Shown one piece after another: positions 27,269 through 37,840 of a stretch of 64,000 nt of DNA. The position numbers and the translations under genes are program-made. This DNA comes from an uncultured Spirochaetota bacterium (GTDB taxonomy: Bacteria; Spirochaetota; Spirochaetia; SZUA-6; Fen-1364): NCBI GenBank assembly GCA_963820525.1, contig CAWGAA010000001.1, positions 1,216,001-1,280,000 on the forward strand, written 5' to 3'. Under the pieces are notes generated by a model that did no database searches, was not told the origin of the DNA, and saw only the letters and a list, made by a program, of their open reading frames with translations. The number at the start of each line of letters is the position of its first letter. Position 1 is the stretch's first letter.

Positions 27269-27277
27269 GGCGATGAA

Positions 27278-27781
27278 ATGGAATCAAACGCACAAGAGGA
27301 GAAGCAAAAGAGACATTCACCGATACGCCTGATCGTTTCGGTGATTCTCCTCGCCTTCGTCGGGGTGAGCGTGGGCTACCTCATCTGGACCCAATTCAGG
27401 CCACGCAGCAACGTTGCGGAGGTGAAAGGCGAGATCCCTCCAATGACGAGGGTCACGGTCTACTACTTCTACACCAATATCCGCTGTGCCTCCTGCAGGC
27501 GGATCGAGGCGTGGACGCGCGATACCCTCCAAGCGGCATTTCCAACCGAGCTTGCCAATGGCAGCGTCCAGTGGAAACCCATCAACGTAGAGGAACGCGG
27601 CAACGATCACTTCATCAAGGATTTCTCCTTGAGGGCGAAAACCGTCGTTGTCTGCCGAATCGTGAACGGAAAGACCGTGGAATGGAAGGACATGATCGAT
27701 GTGTGGATGTTTCTCTCCGACAATCCCCGATTCTCGCGGCTTATCTCTGATAAAGTACGTGAGTACCTCCAGAAGAGCTAG
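27278..27781 (+). CDS. ArsF-like membrane-anchored thioredoxin-fold protein
   Basis: N-terminal TM, VYYFYTNIRCASCRRIE; immediately precedes an ArsG-like gene. Confidence 0.7.
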   Translation: MESNAQEEKQKRHSPIRLIVSVILLAFVGVSVGYLIWTQFRPRSNVAEVKGEIPPMTRVTVYYFYTNIRCASCRRIEAWTRDTLQAAFPTELANGSVQWKPINVEERGNDHFIKDFSLRAKTVVVCRIVNGKTVEWKDMIDVWMFLSDNPRFSRLISDKVREYLQKS

Positions 27782-27783
27782 GC

Positions 27784-28476
27784 ATGGATGTATTTCTCTC
27801 ATCGGCAACGGCTCTCTGGCTGGGAGTTCTCACCTCGATCAGCCCCTGCCCGCTCGCCTCCAACATAGCAGCGGTCTCCTGGCTTGGCACGCGAGGCGGA
27901 CGCATTAAGGGGGCCGTAGCGGCCGGCTTGCTGTACACGGCAGGCCGCGTGGCCGCTTACGTAACACTCGGGGTCATTCTCGCCACCGGTGCGCTTGCAC
28001 TTCCTGCCGTGTCGCAATTCCTTCAGAAGTACGGCACGCGCATCCTCGGACCTCTTCTCGTGCTGATAGGAGTATTCGTATTGGAGTTGATTCGGTTTCC
28101 CCTCCCGCGGGGCGGGGATTTGGCGGCCGCGGTGGCCGAACGCGCCAGAAATCTCGGGACCGCACGCGCAATGCTTCTCGGCTTCCTCTTCGCGCTCTCC
28201 TTCTGCCCTGTTTCCGCGGCATTGTTCTTCGGAAGCCTTGTTCCACTGGCCATCCAGCAACGTTCGCCGATTCTTGCCCCGGCCATGTATGGCATCGGAA
28301 CAGGGCTGCCAGTCGTCCTTGCCTCTTTCCTTCTTTCGCTGGCGGGCAGCAGGATCAGCGAGCGGCTCGCGCGGATCACCCGCTTCGAACTCTGGGCCCG
28401 TCGGGTGACGGGCGTGATTTTCGTGGGAACGGGAATGTATCTCAGCCTGAAATACATCTTTCTCCTCATCCCTTGA
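27784..28476 (+). CDS. ArsG-like / CcdA-DsbD-fold membrane protein
   Basis: LTSISPCPLASN, LSFCPVSAALFFGSL, YGIGTGLPV. Confidence 0.75.
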   Translation: MDVFLSSATALWLGVLTSISPCPLASNIAAVSWLGTRGGRIKGAVAAGLLYTAGRVAAYVTLGVILATGALALPAVSQFLQKYGTRILGPLLVLIGVFVLELIRFPLPRGGDLAAAVAERARNLGTARAMLLGFLFALSFCPVSAALFFGSLVPLAIQQRSPILAPAMYGIGTGLPVVLASFLLSLAGSRISERLARITRFELWARRVTGVIFVGTGMYLSLKYIFLLIP

Positions 28477-28496
28477 GACGGAAAGGAGCTCCGCAA

Positions 28497-28982
28497 ATGG
28501 TCACTGGGATCGTATTCTACGCAATCGCGGCTGCACTTCTAGTTCTGTCCTTCGTCAAGGATCGCGCGAAAACACTTCAGGCGCTGAAAAAAGCCTGGAT
28601 GGCATTCGAGAGCATTCTTCCGCAGTTCCTGGGAATCATCGTGCTCGTTGGCATACTCCTCGCGGTGCTCGATCCCCAGAGGATTCAACGAATTCTTGGC
28701 AAATCATCGGGCATTCTGGGGGTCCTCATCGCTTCAATAATCGGGTCGATCACCCTCATACCGGGATTCATCGCTTTTCCCACGGCGGCCATGCTCCTGA
28801 AGGGTGGCGCGGGGTACATGCAGATGGGTGCTTTTATTTCGACCTTGATGATGGTGGGGATTGTCACTCTCCCAGCGGAGATCAGCTACTTCAACAGGCG
28901 AACTGCGCTCCTGCGAAACGCGCTGGCATACCTGTTCTCGCTCCTGGTCGCCTTGGTCATCGGGTTGATTATGGCATTATGA
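28497..28982 (+). CDS. Half-size DUF318-like permease subunit
   Basis: Hydrophobic; GSITLIPGFIAFP, FISTLMMVG..PAE..F..RN. Confidence 0.75.
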   Translation: MVTGIVFYAIAAALLVLSFVKDRAKTLQALKKAWMAFESILPQFLGIIVLVGILLAVLDPQRIQRILGKSSGILGVLIASIIGSITLIPGFIAFPTAAMLLKGGAGYMQMGAFISTLMMVGIVTLPAEISYFNRRTALLRNALAYLFSLLVALVIGLIMAL

Positions 28983-29539
28983 GGAAAGCACACATGAAAC
29001 CAGCTACGCGGAAAGGCTTGATAAAACGCTATTGGCTTCTAATCGCGGCTGTCGGTTGCGGCCTGGTACTCTGGCTTGTCAGCCGGCAGATGGGCTCGAA
29101 GATGATCAACGTCACCCTCTACAGCCTCAAGGAGATGATCATCGTCATCCCTCCAATCTTCATCATTCTCGGGCTCCTCGACGTCTGGGTCCCCCGTGAA
29201 CAGATGGTGCGTTTCCTAGGCGAAGGTTCGGGCGTGAAGGGAATCTTGCTGGCGATTTTCATCGGCTCGGCGGCCGCGGGCCCCCTGTACGGTGCGTTCC
29301 CCGTTGCCCAGGTATTTCTGAAAAAGGGGGCGAGCTTCCGCAACGTCATGATTCTCCTGGGCGCCTGGTCAACCACCAAGATCCCCCTGCTATTGTTCGA
29401 GCTTGCCAGCATGGGGCTTCGTTTCACCGTAACGCGCTTGATCGTGGACATGGCAGGGATTCTGATTATTGCCCTGCTCATGGAGTGGCTCATCAAGGAG
29501 AAAGACAGAGAAGAGATTCGGACCAAGGTGTGGCGATAG
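28979..29539 (+). CDS. Half-size DUF318-like permease subunit
   Basis: GLLDVWVP, AAGPLYGAFP, GAWSTTKIP..FE. Confidence 0.75.
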   Translation: MRKAHMKPATRKGLIKRYWLLIAAVGCGLVLWLVSRQMGSKMINVTLYSLKEMIIVIPPIFIILGLLDVWVPREQMVRFLGEGSGVKGILLAIFIGSAAAGPLYGAFPVAQVFLKKGASFRNVMILLGAWSTTKIPLLLFELASMGLRFTVTRLIVDMAGILIIALLMEWLIKEKDREEIRTKVWR

Positions 29540-29558
29540 GGATTCCTTCAAGGCACCG

Positions 29559-29665
29559 ATGCACCTGGTGAGCGTCAGCCGGGAGGGGTGGAACGTCTAC
29601 TGCCAGGCCATCAAGCCTGGGGTACTCGACATCATCGATGCGGCGGCACGAATGATCGCAGGCGG
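29559..29665 (+). pseudogene. Possible C-terminal relic of an ArsR-type regulator
   Basis: LVSVSREGWNVYC..PGVLDII resembles the ArsR wing region; no N-terminal half is present. Confidence 0.3.
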
Positions 29666-29846
29666 AAAGAGGAAGACTGGATTGCCCGGCAATTCCCATC
29701 AGCGGGGTTGCGCCTGCCCGAAGCGCAGCTTCGAACGCTCAAGACAGGCCGTGAAAATCAATCTGCCGCGGCACGCGCTAGGAGGATCGCTCCGAGCGGC
29801 AACGTTCTGCAAAATGAAGGCGCATCGGGAGGAAAACGTGTTTGGA

Positions 29847-30131
29847 ATGAAAAAGAAGGTTCATGGCGCGGCCATCCTCATTGCGGCATGTCTGCTCCTG
29901 GTATCATGCACCGGCACCGATATAAATCAGATCGAAATCAGGATGCCTGACTTGAGCAAAATCCCGGACGGAACCTACATCGGAACTCAAACGGTTTTTC
30001 CCGTTCGCGTTAAGGTTTCCGTCACAGTGGCATCCGGCAAGATCACGCGTTTCACGATCTTGAGGCATTTTCCCAGCGATCATGGCTTCAGCTCGATGCC
30101 GTGTCTGGTGCTACTTTCTCAAGCAAAGTGA
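29847..30131 (+). pseudogene. FMN-binding-domain lipoprotein, 3' truncated
   Basis: Lipobox LLVSC, IPDGTYIG..VKVSVTVASGKI; lacks the DxxSGAT flavinylation motif. Confidence 0.55.
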
Positions 30132-30229
30132 TCCTCAAGGCAGGAGAAAACGCTCTCGAATCCGCCAGGTAAAAACGATATCACGCTCCGCAGACTCTCT
30201 CGAGGGTCGCGGGGGATGCCCTTCTCTCC

Positions 30230-30469
30230 CTATTGGATGTCCTTGCGTTTCGCCTCGTATTCCTCCTTGCTGATTTCGCCCCTGGCATAACGCTTTTGTA
30301 GAATCTCCAGGGCGGAATCATCTCTCTCCGGCCGGTGACCCTGCCGGACGAGAGAGCGGACAAGAAACACAACTCCGACGATAATTGCGATCCACAGACC
30401 GCCCATCATCGCGGGCCCGATCAGCCAAAACGGGGCTCCATAGCCCCCATGCATCCATCCCCACAACAT
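30230..30469 (-). CDS. SHOCT-domain small membrane protein
   Basis: One TM, then ALEILQKRYARGEISKEEYE. Confidence 0.85.
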   Translation of the reverse strand: MLWGWMHGGYGAPFWLIGPAMMGGLWIAIIVGVVFLVRSLVRQGHRPERDDSALEILQKRYARGEISKEEYEAKRKDIQ

Positions 30470-30893
30470 GTCGAACTCCTCCAGGCTTTCATGCCCCATT
30501 GAAAAAGTAACGATATTCCCGACGCAAGAGCACGTTCCATTAGACTCTTTTTTGCCCACAACTGGTGCATGCGGAGCTTTTACCTGCCGCGTCCGGAGAG
30601 AAGCTTCTGTCCCTTTCACTTCTTTCTTACAGGAAATTGATGGTTCTTGCTCGCGCGGCGGCGCCAGTTCAGGATAAACAGGTGCCGTCGACCAAGCGCG
30701 AAGCGAAGGGGGACACGCGATCGACGCGCTTTTCCCTTCGCACAGTTCATCAACGGGAGCCGTACGTGAGAGTGATCACCAGAGCCGAGTGTTCTCGGGC
30801 GCCCGGTGGCGCGGACAGCTCGATCCAGAACAAGCCGCGGCAGGAGATCCTTGACAAACCCTTATGAGAGTGGTTTAAGAAAAGCAGCAGATC

Positions 30894-31082
30894 ATGAAGT
30901 CAATCGAGAATAGAAAGCTCATAAAGAAGGTCGTTTGGGCTTTTTTCATTCTCGTGCCGGCCGCGGCCGCAGCCGCGCAATCGAATGACGATGGACAAAC
31001 ACTCAGAGGGAAGACCAGGGACGCCATCCTGTTGATGACAAATCTGGATTTTGCCGCAGCAGATCGAGCAGGCTCACTGTGA
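30894..31082 (+). pseudogene. 5' stub of a secreted protein, cut at the defence-island edge
   Basis: Signal-peptide-like N-terminus, TTGACA at 30851, short ORF ending just before AIPR. Confidence 0.35.
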
Positions 31083-31113
31083 ATGCAAGCATGATCGTTG
31101 AGGTAATAGAATC

Positions 31114-32522
31114 ATGAGTGAAATCCACGTTCAGCAAATTCGGGCACACCTGACAAGTTCCTTTCAAGGACTCATCGATGTTGCAGATTGCGTCGGAGAG
31201 CAAACTGAGGCGCGGGAGACACGCTTCTTGACTCGCGCGTTGGCTGCCTTCTCTTTAGTGCACGTGGCTGATATCGAACCGCCCATAGCTGCCACATATG
31301 TCACGGACGGTGGCCGAGACAACGGCGTGGACGCCCTCTACTACGACAATGTAGAAAAGATACTCTACATCGTTCAAGCCAAATGGGATCACGATGGTCG
31401 TGGTAGTCTCCAACGCGGAGAGGTGCAGAAGTTTCTAACGGGCGTCAAGGATCTGGTCAATGCCCGGTTTGACCGCTTCAACCCAAAGGTACGGGCCAAG
31501 GAAGCCGACGTTCGCGCTGAGCTCGAATCCGCTCAAACTCGCTTCGTCTTGGTAGCCGCATATACTGATCAGGAAGCACTAGCTGCTGAGCCTCAACGGG
31601 ATTTCGATGACTTCGTGAAGGAGATGAACGATCCGACAGACGTTCTCCAGTTAAGAATTCTCCATCAGGGAACGCTTCACAGCGCGATCTCGCGTGGAGC
31701 ACGCGGGGCACCGATTCATCTAGAAGTCGTCCTCCAGAATTGGGGTCAAGTGCGTGAGCCTTATCGAGCTTACTACGGTCAGGTCGCTGTCGCAGACGTC
31801 GCGGGATGGTGGGAATCCCACCATCCACGTCTCTTTGCACCTAATCTACGGATGTTCCTTGGGATGACCGATGTGAACCAGAGCCTCCTCGAAACTCTAA
31901 GAAACGATCCAGAGAACTTCTGGTATTTTAACAACGGTATAACTGCTCTCTGCGGGAATATCCAGAAGAAGCCGGTAGGTGGCAGTTCGCGAGACACAGG
32001 GGTCTTTGAACCGACGTATCGATCGTTAACGGTGCGCAGACGGTTGGTTCAATCGCTGCAGCTTATCGGACACACCCGGAGCAGGCCACCCGTGCGACAG
32101 TCTTCGTAAGATTCATTTCGCTCGAACAAGTGCCACCTGGCTTCTCTACCGAAGTCACGAGAGCGACGAATACGCAGAACCGGATCGAGCGACGAGATTT
32201 TGTTTCTCTTGATACAGAGCAGGAGCGTCTTCGTACCGAACTTCAATTGGATGGAGTCGATTATGTCTATAAATCGGGCGAAAAAATTCCTCAACCAGAT
32301 GTAGGTTTCGATCTCGCCGAAGCCACGGTAGCTTTGGCCTGTTCGTCGCCTGACGTATCGTTCGCAGTTCAGGCGAAACGCGAGATCGGCAAGTTGTGGG
32401 AAGACATTTCACGCGCACCTTATCGCGCCCTATTCAACCCAACAGTCACGGGTCGTAAAGTGTGGCTCCTAGTTACACTACTGAGAGCTATCGAACAGCA
32501 ACTGGCGGTTGAACGGGCCAGC
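31114..32522 (+). pseudogene. AIPR family protein, frameshifted (~32010) and 3' truncated
   Basis: DGGRDNGVD..VQAKW, NLRMFLG, PENFWYFNNGIT, then (shifted frame) SIVNGAQT and ATNTQN. Confidence 0.85.
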
Positions 32523-32643
32523 AGGATGCGGCAACGATACGCCTTACCCGGCGCATACGAGAACTGACACAACTTCGAGAGGCGAAGAAGCGCACGGTAC
32601 TGAATATTCTCGACGATTTGATCCGTGCTAACTCATAGAAACA

Positions 32644-32886
32644 TCGGTTTTGACGCTCCGGGCTTCCCTCGCCCCCCTTGCCGCCTCCCCCCTCCCCAGG
32701 CCCACCCCCTCCGCTTACCCCCCATCTATGGTATCCTTTGGTCGTCTGGGAGGGGATGGCTCAAAAGGGGGGCTTCGGTCGCGGTACGCTCCTCCCTCGC
32801 GGGCATCCTTGCCCGTTCACTCGTCGCTACCGCGAACCCCCTCCGCTGCAAGGGCTGTTTGGGCGCTGACGGGCTTCCGAGCGTCA
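32644..32886 (+). repeat. ~200-240 bp structured non-coding element, copy 1
   Basis: Homologous to 37841-38045 in inverted orientation; internal stems TCGCGGTA/TACCGCGA and CGGGCA/TGCCCG; bounded by TGACGCTC...GAGCGTCA. Confidence 0.85.
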
Positions 32887-33849
32887 TATGCGGTTATTCA
32901 TGGCCAATCTCCAATAGTACCGCCCGGAGGGGGTCAGCCGGCATGCCTTTGAGCGCATCGCAGCATCATACATATGCTGTGCATCGCAAGGCACGACGAG
33001 GTGAACTCGACTTAAGGTCTGAAGATCTCTGAAGATAGTCGTCTTGGCCGGGTCTGCAGTTGGCGAAGTAGGCTCATAGGAAGGATCAAGTAGAAGATCC
33101 TCGGCGGGCAACGGAAACAACGAGGGCAACTTGCGTAGAGTTTCTCGATCGACGGGGGGCGCGCATCGACGTAGCGGAATCAAACGAGAGACGTGCGACT
33201 TGAAAAGTGGTCGCTGATCCCACGCACCAAGTGCTGCATCGATATATGCGTACACACTCGGAGCTGTGACGGCGCCTAGGATGTCGGCCGCACCGCCAGT
33301 GAGAGCGTCTACTACCAGCGAAGTAAACAAACCACCGCCCCCGGTTTCAACGGAAGGCTGATCTCCTCGACTCGCGGTTAGTATGGAAAGCCCTTCTCGT
33401 AGAAGTGTCTTGGTATTGTCAACCGCAGGCGGGTTACCAAGTGCGCCAGAAAAGCAGCAATCTAGGAGAAGTACGACTTCCGCCGCTTTGGAGTCATTGG
33501 CCCACTTGAGGATATCGGCCATGGCGACACCCTCATCATATTTCTTGGCGTCTTGGGTTACTGGATAGCCATCGAGGTTATTGACGGTGCCGTGCCCAGA
33601 AAAATGTAATAGGGCGACATCTGCCTTATCTCGGAAAAGCTTCTCGATAGCTTCACGTAACGCCGCTCTTGTAATGAGATTGGGCGCGCCGCCAACAGGC
33701 GCGGTTAGAATCCGACAGTCGAAATTTGGTGATCCATCGTGATTCGTGGTAAGAACAGCAACAATTCTCTCCGCGTCGCTTACGCAGCCGCGAAGGGACC
33801 CGTCCGAATACTGATCGATTCCTACACAGAGTGCACGGCGCATATGCAA
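32884..33849 (-). CDS. Caspase-like (peptidase C14) protease, type IV Thoeris-like effector
   Basis: RALCVGID.Y..LRGCVSDA, HFSGHG (His), LLDCCFSG (Cys); directly downstream of a TIR gene. Confidence 0.9.
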   Translation of the reverse strand: MHMRRALCVGIDQYSDGSLRGCVSDAERIVAVLTTNHDGSPNFDCRILTAPVGGAPNLITRAALREAIEKLFRDKADVALLHFSGHGTVNNLDGYPVTQDAKKYDEGVAMADILKWANDSKAAEVVLLLDCCFSGALGNPPAVDNTKTLLREGLSILTASRGDQPSVETGGGGLFTSLVVDALTGGAADILGAVTAPSVYAYIDAALGAWDQRPLFKSHVSRLIPLRRCAPPVDRETLRKLPSLFPLPAEDLLLDPSYEPTSPTADPAKTTIFRDLQTLSRVHLVVPCDAQHMYDAAMRSKACRLTPSGRYYWRLAMNNRI

Positions 33850-33866
33850 TCCCCTGTTTTCCAGAG

Positions 33867-34256
33867 TCAGCGGGACCCGCCGATCAATGCCTTGAGATTA
33901 TCCCAAGTCCAATTGTAAATCTTGTCGCTATCTTTGGCGGCTTTTGGCTTCTTGCATGTCTTATTGGCCCGTCCCCAGAGTAAGAAGTAAGGTTTTCCCT
34001 CTTCTTGTGCAATCGTGAGTTCTGCGGACACCCCTGTGGCGGTGTCAGTGTATTCACCGCAGATCACCGCGACGATATCGACGCTACGAATTCGCGTTCG
34101 CACTTTGTCCTTCCAGTTACCCGTCATGGGCTCCTGCACTGACCAATCGGCTAGATCGAATGGAGAGTCGGGATGCTTCGCTTGGCCTACAAGAAGATTC
34201 CGTAGATCCTCGTCGTGATCGAAGTCGAAGCTAGTAAAAACGCGTTTCTTTGCCAT
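33867..34256 (-). CDS. ThsB-like (DUF1863/MTH538) TIR domain protein
   Basis: RVFTSFDFDHD, DWSV.E, VICG..T..GVSAEL (catalytic Glu)..KP. Confidence 0.88.
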   Translation of the reverse strand: MAKKRVFTSFDFDHDEDLRNLLVGQAKHPDSPFDLADWSVQEPMTGNWKDKVRTRIRSVDIVAVICGEYTDTATGVSAELTIAQEEGKPYFLLWGRANKTCKKPKAAKDSDKIYNWTWDNLKALIGGSR

Positions 34257-34324
34257 TTCACTCCCTCCTCTTCATCTTTGCGGCACTCAACGACTCCTGA
34301 CCGAGTTAAAAACGCGAAGCATCA

Positions 34325-35389
34325 TCAGCTCCAATCTGTTGTTAGCCGGCCTCTCGCACTGAACCACGTCACTTGCTGGATCCCGAAACTGTAATTGACG
34401 TCATACGATACGGGGATCGGGTAGACGAACCAAGAAGCATCTGGATATCGAGCTGATAACCATATAGCACAGGTAAAGATGACTGACTTCGGGCCGAATG
34501 GAAAAAGAAGAATCGGCGCCTTGCGAGGCTGAACCTCTTTTAGCAATTCATCCAGCACCATCTCAACTGTCATCGAATCGAGCACAGCTACACGTCTTCT
34601 TTCCCATTTCTGGGAGCGCATGCGACTCAGCTGCTGAAGCAGTCTCTGATTCCTTCGCAGCATGAGGTGCTTAAAATCTGGTCTTCCAGGATACTCTGGA
34701 ATCAAGATCCGACCACCCGCAGGTTCTATCTCACCAATTGCCACGACAAGACGTTGGGCCTCATGGCCAGGTATTATAATTCCGCGGCCATCAGTCTCGT
34801 AGAACAGACTAGCACCTTCCGCTAATGGGGCAATGATGATATCAGACCATGCTGTCGGACCCTCTAATCGCTCATCTAAGAATCCATAGTTCTCGGGGAT
34901 CACATATGCCACGATTGCGCCTCGGTCCGTCTCCAAAGCTAAAAAGGCACCAATGGCCATTGTGTGGATCTTCGTCAAGCAACTTACATCTAGAATCATG
35001 ACATCATATGGCTGCGCGTTACATACCGTCTCAAAGAGCCTCCTCACCTCGTCGAATGCATACGGCGACAGCTTTTCAACTCGCAAGGCATTCTGGAATA
35101 GTCCGCCCGCAAGTTCCATCAATCGTGACTTGTTAAGAGCGCGTTTAATCTCTCCTTCGGGCTGCGGGACAATGCCCGTATCATATTCGATAAGGATTCC
35201 ATCAGTTAGCCGTACGCCCATATTACGGAGTTGAATAAGCGTCCCTATGCATCTTTCCTCAAAGCTTAGCGCACCGATCCATACCGATCTCTCCGCGCTT
35301 CGCACAGCTGCTAGCACGTGCTCGTCAGAGAGGGACTTAACATACTGTGGTGTTATTCCCTGTTGCTGACCTACGCTTGGCCGCTTCAT
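34325..35389 (-). CDS. Hypothetical protein with two Rossmann/CARF-like repeats
   Basis: SFEERC..ILDVSCLTK..YVIPENY and IIPGHEAQR..LFPFGPKS..VYPIPVSY; start overlaps the upstream stop (TAATG). Confidence 0.6.
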   Translation of the reverse strand: MKRPSVGQQQGITPQYVKSLSDEHVLAAVRSAERSVWIGALSFEERCIGTLIQLRNMGVRLTDGILIEYDTGIVPQPEGEIKRALNKSRLMELAGGLFQNALRVEKLSPYAFDEVRRLFETVCNAQPYDVMILDVSCLTKIHTMAIGAFLALETDRGAIVAYVIPENYGFLDERLEGPTAWSDIIIAPLAEGASLFYETDGRGIIIPGHEAQRLVVAIGEIEPAGGRILIPEYPGRPDFKHLMLRRNQRLLQQLSRMRSQKWERRRVAVLDSMTVEMVLDELLKEVQPRKAPILLFPFGPKSVIFTCAIWLSARYPDASWFVYPIPVSYDVNYSFGIQQVTWFSARGRLTTDWS

Positions 35390-37609
35390 TACTTAGGCTG
35401 TTGCCTCCACTGCCGAAACCGCTCAAGGAAGAGTCTGGCCTCCTCACGTACGCTTGAAGGCTTCACTACGACTACGGTATCTTCGCATCGTGACAAGCCC
35501 TCCGCGGTATACTCTCTCTCCTTTGCGTCCGGAGGCTCAACGACGACGATTCTCCGGGAAAGCTTCTTCGCGCCGTAACCAGCGTCCGGACGAGCCACTA
35601 CAGCCCCGCACACATAGTGTGCGAAGGCGTCCCACTCTGTGCCATCAAGAGTAACGACTAGAAAACTTGCAAGAGTAGCTCTCTCCAGGATCTTAGCGGG
35701 GGGATCTTGGTCAGAATAGATTTCCGCATGTATATTCTCTCGTTGTGTGAGGGTTTGGAACTGCTTGGTGGCCTGACTGGTCCAATCGGTCGGTTTAATC
35801 CAAACGAGCAATGCAGGGAGCGGAGGTGGGTTTCCTCGCCGAGGTCTCAGGCTCGGATCTGCAAGATGAGCCTCAATGCTTGCCACGAGATCTCCCAGGT
35901 CCAGCCCGCTCTGGAACTCTCCAACTTGCCTTCGCCTCAGCCAGTATGGTAATTCGCTTCGCGCGCCCGCAGCGACTACAGGAAGGAGAGGTACACCGAG
36001 GCCATAAGCGAAGCCGAGTTCGAACACAACCTCGGGTCTCATCCCTGTGCAATCGCCTACGACAAGGCTCGAGGAACCAATCCGACGTCGAATCTCCTCG
36101 GCCCAATCCTCGGTTCCAACCGGCACCCACCCATTTTGCACTTTCACTGTCGCAAGGCGTGAATGCACCGAAAGTTCTTGTTCCAATGCCACACTAAATG
36201 CCTTGCTCTCTTCGGAATGCATCCTGTATGCGATGAAAACGCTTGGAACTGGCGATGGACCTCCACGCACTCTCCTGAAATCTTGTTCCCGTATCTTGAG
36301 AGGTTCTAAGCGTTCGGCATCAGCATACGACCACCTCGGATCTCCCGGCTGCCACATCAACAACGGCGGTACTTCGAGTAGTGTTGGGCAGTCGCCTGGT
36401 AGCCAAATTCGCCCATTAGGTATGCACAAAGCAGCTGATCGGAGAGCCGCCTCAATAAATAAGAATAGACGTGTCGGCTCGGGAATCAGGAGCGGCTCGT
36501 TCTCCGGTAAGATATTCAAAGTCACGGGACCGCGCACCTGACCGACCTTTTTAATGACCTCCTTTCGAAGCCACGAGATCGCCTCTCCGTAATCTTGATG
36601 GTGTGGTCGGAGCTTCGTCTTAACAGCCATAAAGTATAGTTCCCTGAGATCCACTAACGCTTCGATCAAATTCCCATCGATATTATCTTCTCGTGAAGGT
36701 GCCACTCGCGCAATGACTTCTAGGGCCAAGCGAATGGAGTCTCGAGATAGTGCGATCACCGCATCAAGCCGGTCTCTTCCGATTCGCTTCAGGAGCTCCT
36801 CTCCCACTTGAGCTGCCAGAGCGTCACTAACAAAGTCCGCCCATTCCTTCGTAAGCGGACTACGCCCAAGGTTGTACACGTCGTAGTGATCTCCCGGAGC
36901 GCTACTCTCGTCTAGACGTGTAACAATTCCACTGCCATGACCTGGTCTCGTTGCTACCAAAGCGGTATAGCCCGGCGACTGATCCATCAACTGCAGTACT
37001 GGGACTAGTGCCAACGGCGATACTAGATCAGCCCTATCCAGTAGCAATAATAACGACCCCTCCGCTCGCAATGATGCCTCTGCAGCTTCACGTCCAAACT
37101 CGACAAGCGGTCGCGTCATCGGAACTGATTCGAACACTGGCAGACTTGCCCGGGATACGCGAATTTTCGCTTCCCACAACCAGTCTCTGAGACTTCGAGG
37201 CATTCTACCCAATAGCGTACGTGGGATGCACTCCGCGACTGCATCTCGATTAACGCGTACCCGCTTTCGCAGCAGTCTACTCGCGATCGAAAGCGACAAG
37301 AGCGCCGATGCCTTGTTCCCGACGAAGTCGGAGCGTACACCGGACGCCTGACGAACGAGTGGTCCGAGAGCATCTTGACGTGCGAGGCTCGAAAGTTCGG
37401 TCGCCAGTGACAGATGAAGCGCTACGCCATCATGAATGGCTTTCTGGTAGCGAAGAAGCGTTGTCTTCCCAACTCCCTTGGACCCTGCAGATGAGCGCAC
37501 TTCTTGAAAACGACCCGGGTAACTCCGGCGGTCGCTGGAATATCCTTTCCACATCGTCGTCAGGTATTTTTTCCCCGTCAGTCCAAAGAGTTAATTGCCT
37601 GGATCCCAT
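35389..37609 (-). CDS. P-loop ATPase fused to C-terminal TIR / nucleoside deoxyribosyltransferase-like domains (1-nt frameshift near 37486)
   Basis: Removing one base joins MGSRQLTL..SALIC to GSKGVGKTT (Walker A). Walker B LLLLDRAD; C-terminal VFIAY..IGSSSLVVGDCT..PEVVFELGFAYGLG.P. Confidence 0.75.
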
Positions 37610-37840
37610 ATCAAATGCCTTACCGCTACGTGAACTCGCGCTGCAATTTTCATCGCCGCCGGGCAGCTAACTTATCATTATAGCTGAAATACGGACTATA
37701 GGGAACTTGGAGCTAAACGAACTACAGGGTACCCCTTTATATATTGATAGGTGAGAAGCGAAGCCCGAAAAATGCATCTCTGTCGCCCCGTCAACCACCG
37801 CGCCTGTACTTGAGAAAGCTTCAAGCTGACCCCCCGCTAC

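Noticed and set aside
32644..32886. Structured repeats as integron attC sites
   Set aside because: They lack RYYYAAC/GTTRRRY ends, are inverted rather than tandem, and no integron integrase is in the window.
32625..33032. ORFs over the repeats (MTLRASLAPLAASP.. in both copies)
   Set aside because: Indels between the copies break the frames, so conservation is at the nucleotide level.
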